DNA from: Acidimicrobiia bacterium
GTDB lineage: Bacteria; Actinomycetota; Acidimicrobiia; Spongiisociales; ZC4RG35
NCBI GenBank assembly: GCA_036525795.1
Contig: DATCZS010000112.1
Location: forward strand, 8,635-72,634
Reading direction: 5' to 3'
DNA: 64,000 nt
The position numbers were made by a program, and so were the translations under genes. Below the pieces are notes generated by a model that saw only the letters and a list, made by a program, of their open reading frames with translations, was not told the origin of the DNA and ran no database searches. Positions 60,562 through 64,000 of this stretch are shown one piece after another; position 1 is the stretch's first letter; every line of letters begins with the position of its first letter.

Positions 60562-62083
60562 TCAGTCCACTCCGACTCCGTCCAGATGGCCGGTGGCGAT
60601 GAGCCGGGACACCGCCTCGATGTCGACCCCGATCGGCCGATCGTCTTCCAGGGAGGGGACGACCGAGCGGATGGCAGCGTGGATCTGGCGGGTGCCGACT
60701 CCGGGTCGAAGCGGGGCGCGCTGGTCGACGCCCTGGGCGGCACACAGCAACTCGACCGCCAGCACCCGCCGCACGTTCTCGATGACCATCCACAGCTTGC
60801 GGGCGGCGCCGAATCCCATCGAGACGTGGTCTTCCTGGAGCCCGGAGGTGGGGATCGAATCGATCGAGGCCGGATGGGCCAGAACTCGCGTCTCTGCCAC
60901 CAGTGCCGCCGCCGTGTATTGGGCGAGCATGAACCCCGAGTGGAGCCCGGGTTCCTTGGCGAGGAAGGGGCTCAACCCCGACGACCGGGTGGGATCGAGC
61001 ATGCGATCGGTCCGCCGCTCGGAGATCGAGGCCAGCTCCTCCAGGGCGATGGCGAGGAAGTCGAGGGCGAAGGCGAGAGGCTGGCCGTGGAAGTTGCCTG
61101 CGGAGATCACCTCGTCGGTGTCGGCGAAGACGATCGGGTTGTCGACCACCGAGCCGAGCTCCCGCCCGAACACCTGGGCGGCGTGGGCGAGGGTGTCCCG
61201 GACCGCCCCGTGCACCTGGGGGGCGCAGCGGAGCGAGTAGGCGTCCTGGACGGCGTGGGTGAAGTCGTCGTGGTGGCTGGCCTCGATCTGGGATCCGTGC
61301 AGCAGCGACCGGATCCGCCGGGCCGATTCGGACTGGCCGGGGTGGGGGCGGAGCCGGTGGACTCGGGGGTCGTAGGGGCGGACCGATCCGAGCACCGCCT
61401 CTACCGTCAGCGCACAGGCCTGGTCGGCGACGTTCGCCAGGCGTTCCCCCTCCGCCAGGGCGAGGACTCCCATCGCCAGCATCCCCTCGGTCCCGTTGAG
61501 CAGGCTCAGCCCCTCCTTGGCCTGGAGATGCAGCGGCGCGATGCCGGTGCGGGCGAGCGCCTCTCCGGCCGGGAGCACCTCGCCCCGCATTCGAACCAGA
61601 CCCTCGCCGATGAGCGGCAGCGCCAGATGGGCGAACGGGGCGAGATCCCCGCTGGCCCCCACCGACCCCTGACCCGGGACCGTGGGGAGGATGTCGTTGC
61701 GAAGCATCGCCAGGATGGTCTCGACCACCACGGGACGGACTCCCGAGTGCCCCTGGGCCAGTGTGCGGGCACGGAGGAGCAGCATCGCCCGAACGACGCG
61801 ATCGGGGAGCAGGTCACCCACTCCGGCCGCGTGGGATCGGAGGAGTTCGTACTGGAGTTGATCCACCTGCGCCCCCGAGATGTGGGTGGTGGCGAGCGCC
61901 CCGAACCCGGTGGTGATGCCGTACACCACTCGCCCCTCGGCGATGGCGTGCTCCACAGTCGCCCGGGACGCCTGCATCCGGGCGATCGCCTCCGGCGCCA
62001 GCGCCACCTGCGCCCCCCGATCCGCGACGGCGACCACGTCCTCCCGGCTGAGCGGCCCGCCGTCGATGGTGACTTCGATCATG
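60562..62083 (-). CDS. hutH: histidine ammonia-lyase
   Basis: start MIEVTIDGGPLS (ORF continues upstream as a non-coding-looking extension); MIO-forming GSVGASGDLAPF. Confidence 0.9.
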
Positions 62084-62651
62084 TCGTCTCCTCGACAACT
62101 CGTCTGATGTGTTCTGTGAAACGGTCCTTCTGGTGGAGGTCGAACTGGCGCCATGTGGCCAGCGTCCGGGTGTCCTCGACGCGATCGACGAACAGGCCTC
62201 CATCGAGGTGGTCGAGCTCGTGTTGCGCCGTGCCGGCGGTGAGGCCGCGGAACCGGTGCTCGACGGAGACGCCGTCGCGGTCCCACGCCCGCACATGAAC
62301 CTCGATCGAACGGTGGAGGTCGCCGCGCAGGTCGGGCACAGAGAGACAGCCCTCGTTGTTCCAGTACGTCTCCTCGCTCCTCCACGCCATCACGGGGTTC
62401 ACCAGGATCGTGAGCGGATGCGCCGGCTTGTACGGGTAGCGGGGGTTGTCGGCGATCTCGATGGCGCAGATCCTGCGACCGTCCCCCACCTGATTGGCGG
62501 CGATTCCCGCTCCGCCCGCGTGTCGCATGGTCTCGACGAGGTCGTCGATGAACCGCTGGCAGGAGTCGCTCGCCAACTCGTGTCGCTCGACCGGCCTCGT
62601 GGGCCGGCGCAGCGCCGGGTCGCCGATCTCGCGTATCGGGATGACGCTCAT
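62079..62651 (-). CDS. def: peptide deformylase homolog embedded in the hut cluster
   Basis: all three Def motifs (GAGIAANQVG; EGCLSVP; QHELDHLDG); 4-nt overlaps with hutI upstream and hutH downstream. Confidence 0.8.
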   Translation of the reverse strand: MSVIPIREIGDPALRRPTRPVERHELASDSCQRFIDDLVETMRHAGGAGIAANQVGDGRRICAIEIADNPRYPYKPAHPLTILVNPVMAWRSEETYWNNEGCLSVPDLRGDLHRSIEVHVRAWDRDGVSVEHRFRGLTAGTAQHELDHLDGGLFVDRVEDTRTLATWRQFDLHQKDRFTEHIRRVVEETT

Positions 62652-63853
62652 GGCGAGCTCCATTCGTGCACGGTTCCTCCAACGACGGTGGCATGACAGA
62701 GCGGAGCCGCCAGCCAGTAGACGAGATCGATGCCGGATTCGACGTCCCACACCGCCAGGTCGGCGTCGTATCCGACGGCGATCCTGCCCCGCCGGTCGGA
62801 GGCGCCGAGTGCGGCGGCGGCGTGGGTCGTCATGCCGGCGAGTGCCTCCTCTGGGGTGAGTCCGAAGCGGTGCACGGCGAGGGCGGCAGCCAGCGGGAGC
62901 GAGGCGAGGGGAGACGACCCGGGGTTGAGATCGGTCGACACCGCCATCCTGACTCCTGCCGCCCGGAACGCCCCCACCGGCGGCCGGTGGTCGTCACCCA
63001 GGAAGAGCGAGGCCCCCGGCACCAGGACCGCGACCGTCCCCGCCTCCGCCAGTGCCCGGGCATCGGAGGCCGGGACGTGTTCGCAGTGGTCGATGCTCAA
63101 CGCTCCGATCGCCGCCGCCATCCGGGCTCCCCCCATGTCGGAGAACTGTCCTACGTGTGCCTTGGTGGCCAGACCGTGGGCGCGAGCCGCCTCCAGGCAC
63201 CGGCGCCCCTCGTCTGCGGTGAAGGCGATGTCCTCGATGAACACGTCCACTGCGTCGGCCAGACCTTCGGCGGCGGCCCGGGGGATCATCTCGTTGCACA
63301 CCAGATCGAGGTAGAGGCCGCGGTCCGAGTCGGAGGGCACGACGTGCAGGGGGAGGAGCGTGGTGGAGAGGCGCATGCCCACCTCGCCGGCCGCGGCCCG
63401 CGCCGCCGCCAGCATTCGAAGCTCGTGGTCGGTGTCGAGGCCGTATCCCGACTTGACCTCGACGGTCGTGGCCCCGTTGGCCGCCAGCCACCGCATCCGG
63501 CGGGCGGCCGAGGCCTTCAACTCGTCGAACCGGGCGGCCCGGGTGGCCGCCACCGTCGATCTGATGCCGCCCCCGGCGGCTGCCAGTTCCTGGTAGGTCG
63601 ATCCGGACAGCCTCCTCTGGAAGTCGAGTACCCGATCTCCCCCGAAGACGAGGTGGGTGTGGGGATCGATCAGTCCGGCGGTGACGAGTCTCCCCTCCGC
63701 GTCCAGTTGGCGCCGGGCTTCGGAGACATCCGGCCCCACCGACACGATCTTCCCGCCGTCCACGCCCAGCGAGCCCTGGAGGGGACGCGTCCGGGGGTCC
63801 ACCAGGATCCTTGCATTGGTCAGGGCGAGGTCGATCACGGTCTGCCGCTCCAC
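62648..63853 (-). CDS. hutI: imidazolonepropionase
   Basis: GTG start; amidohydrolase metal ligands (DPHTHLVFGG), HutI-like length of 401 aa. Confidence 0.9.
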   Translation of the reverse strand: MERQTVIDLALTNARILVDPRTRPLQGSLGVDGGKIVSVGPDVSEARRQLDAEGRLVTAGLIDPHTHLVFGGDRVLDFQRRLSGSTYQELAAAGGGIRSTVAATRAARFDELKASAARRMRWLAANGATTVEVKSGYGLDTDHELRMLAAARAAAGEVGMRLSTTLLPLHVVPSDSDRGLYLDLVCNEMIPRAAAEGLADAVDVFIEDIAFTADEGRRCLEAARAHGLATKAHVGQFSDMGGARMAAAIGALSIDHCEHVPASDARALAEAGTVAVLVPGASLFLGDDHRPPVGAFRAAGVRMAVSTDLNPGSSPLASLPLAAALAVHRFGLTPEEALAGMTTHAAAALGASDRRGRIAVGYDADLAVWDVESGIDLVYWLAAPLCHATVVGGTVHEWSSP

Positions 63854-64000
63854 AGCACGGAGATGGCCGCCTCCAGGGCCGCCGCCGCGTCTGGCGTCTC
63901 GACGTGCTCTCCGTGGGCCACGATGCGGCGGCCACCGGCCACGACGTCGGTGACGTCCGCCGCCGACGCCGTCATCGCCAACCCGGCGACGCCGTCGGTT
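63850..64000 (-). CDS. C-terminal fragment of an upstream gene (possibly amidohydrolase-family, e.g. formimino-glutamate deiminase); partial at window edge
   Basis: in-frame ...VAGGRRIVAHGEHVETPDAAAALEAAISVLWSGRP* with stop overlapping the hutI start; identity is tentative. Confidence 0.35.

Noticed and set aside
59474-62298. Long plus/minus alternative-frame ORFs (588, 359, 570 aa) over the DMT transporter and hutH
   Set aside because: Low-complexity Arg/Gly-rich translations. Real genes are identified on the other frames.

Overview
This window is a high-GC (~70%) actinobacterial-type chromosomal origin region. Its synteny matches the Mycobacterium oriC neighbourhood but it is inverted. The minus strand carries gyrA, gyrB, a DUF721/DciA-like gene, recF, dnaN and dnaA. 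The plus strand continues with rpmH, rnpA, yidD, yidC, jag, rsmG, parA and parB. On one flank are crgA, two lone tRNAs (Ala-TGC and Ile-GAT) and a DUF3566 (Rv0007-like) gene, with accessory genes inserted: an SARP regulator, two tandem paralogs, a DUF4242-adenylate cyclase fusion, a SIMPL protein and a lipoprotein. On the other flank is a minus-strand string (DegV, MviN-type pseudokinase module, ECF sigma, anti-sigma, trxB, trxA, cwlM-like amidase) that mirrors M. tuberculosis Rv3910-Rv3915. An arginine cluster follows: argC-J-B-D, then three unrelated genes where argF would be expected, then argR-G-H, with duplicated ARG-box palindromes before argC and argR. Directly downstream of argH is the most notable element, a compact 4.6-kb bacterial-microcompartment locus. 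It has DeoC as the signature enzyme and CoA-acylating AldDH (each with an N-terminal encapsulation-peptide-like helix), one BMC-H, two different BMC-T and three BMC-P genes, and no PTAC, ADH or regulator (SPU-like). Further along are a CaCA exchanger, haloalkane-dehalogenase-like hydrolase, EEP-family protein, pepP, DinG-like helicase, hemolysin-III, a Z-prenyl transferase, and a hut cluster (hutH, hutI) with a peptide-deformylase homolog embedded between them. There is a DnaA-box cluster in the dnaN-dnaA spacer (likely oriC), and parS-like palindromes between jag and rsmG. Many long antisense ORFs in the six-frame track are GC-driven shadows and were rejected. All calls rest on reading the translations and DNA by eye; no database searches were run.
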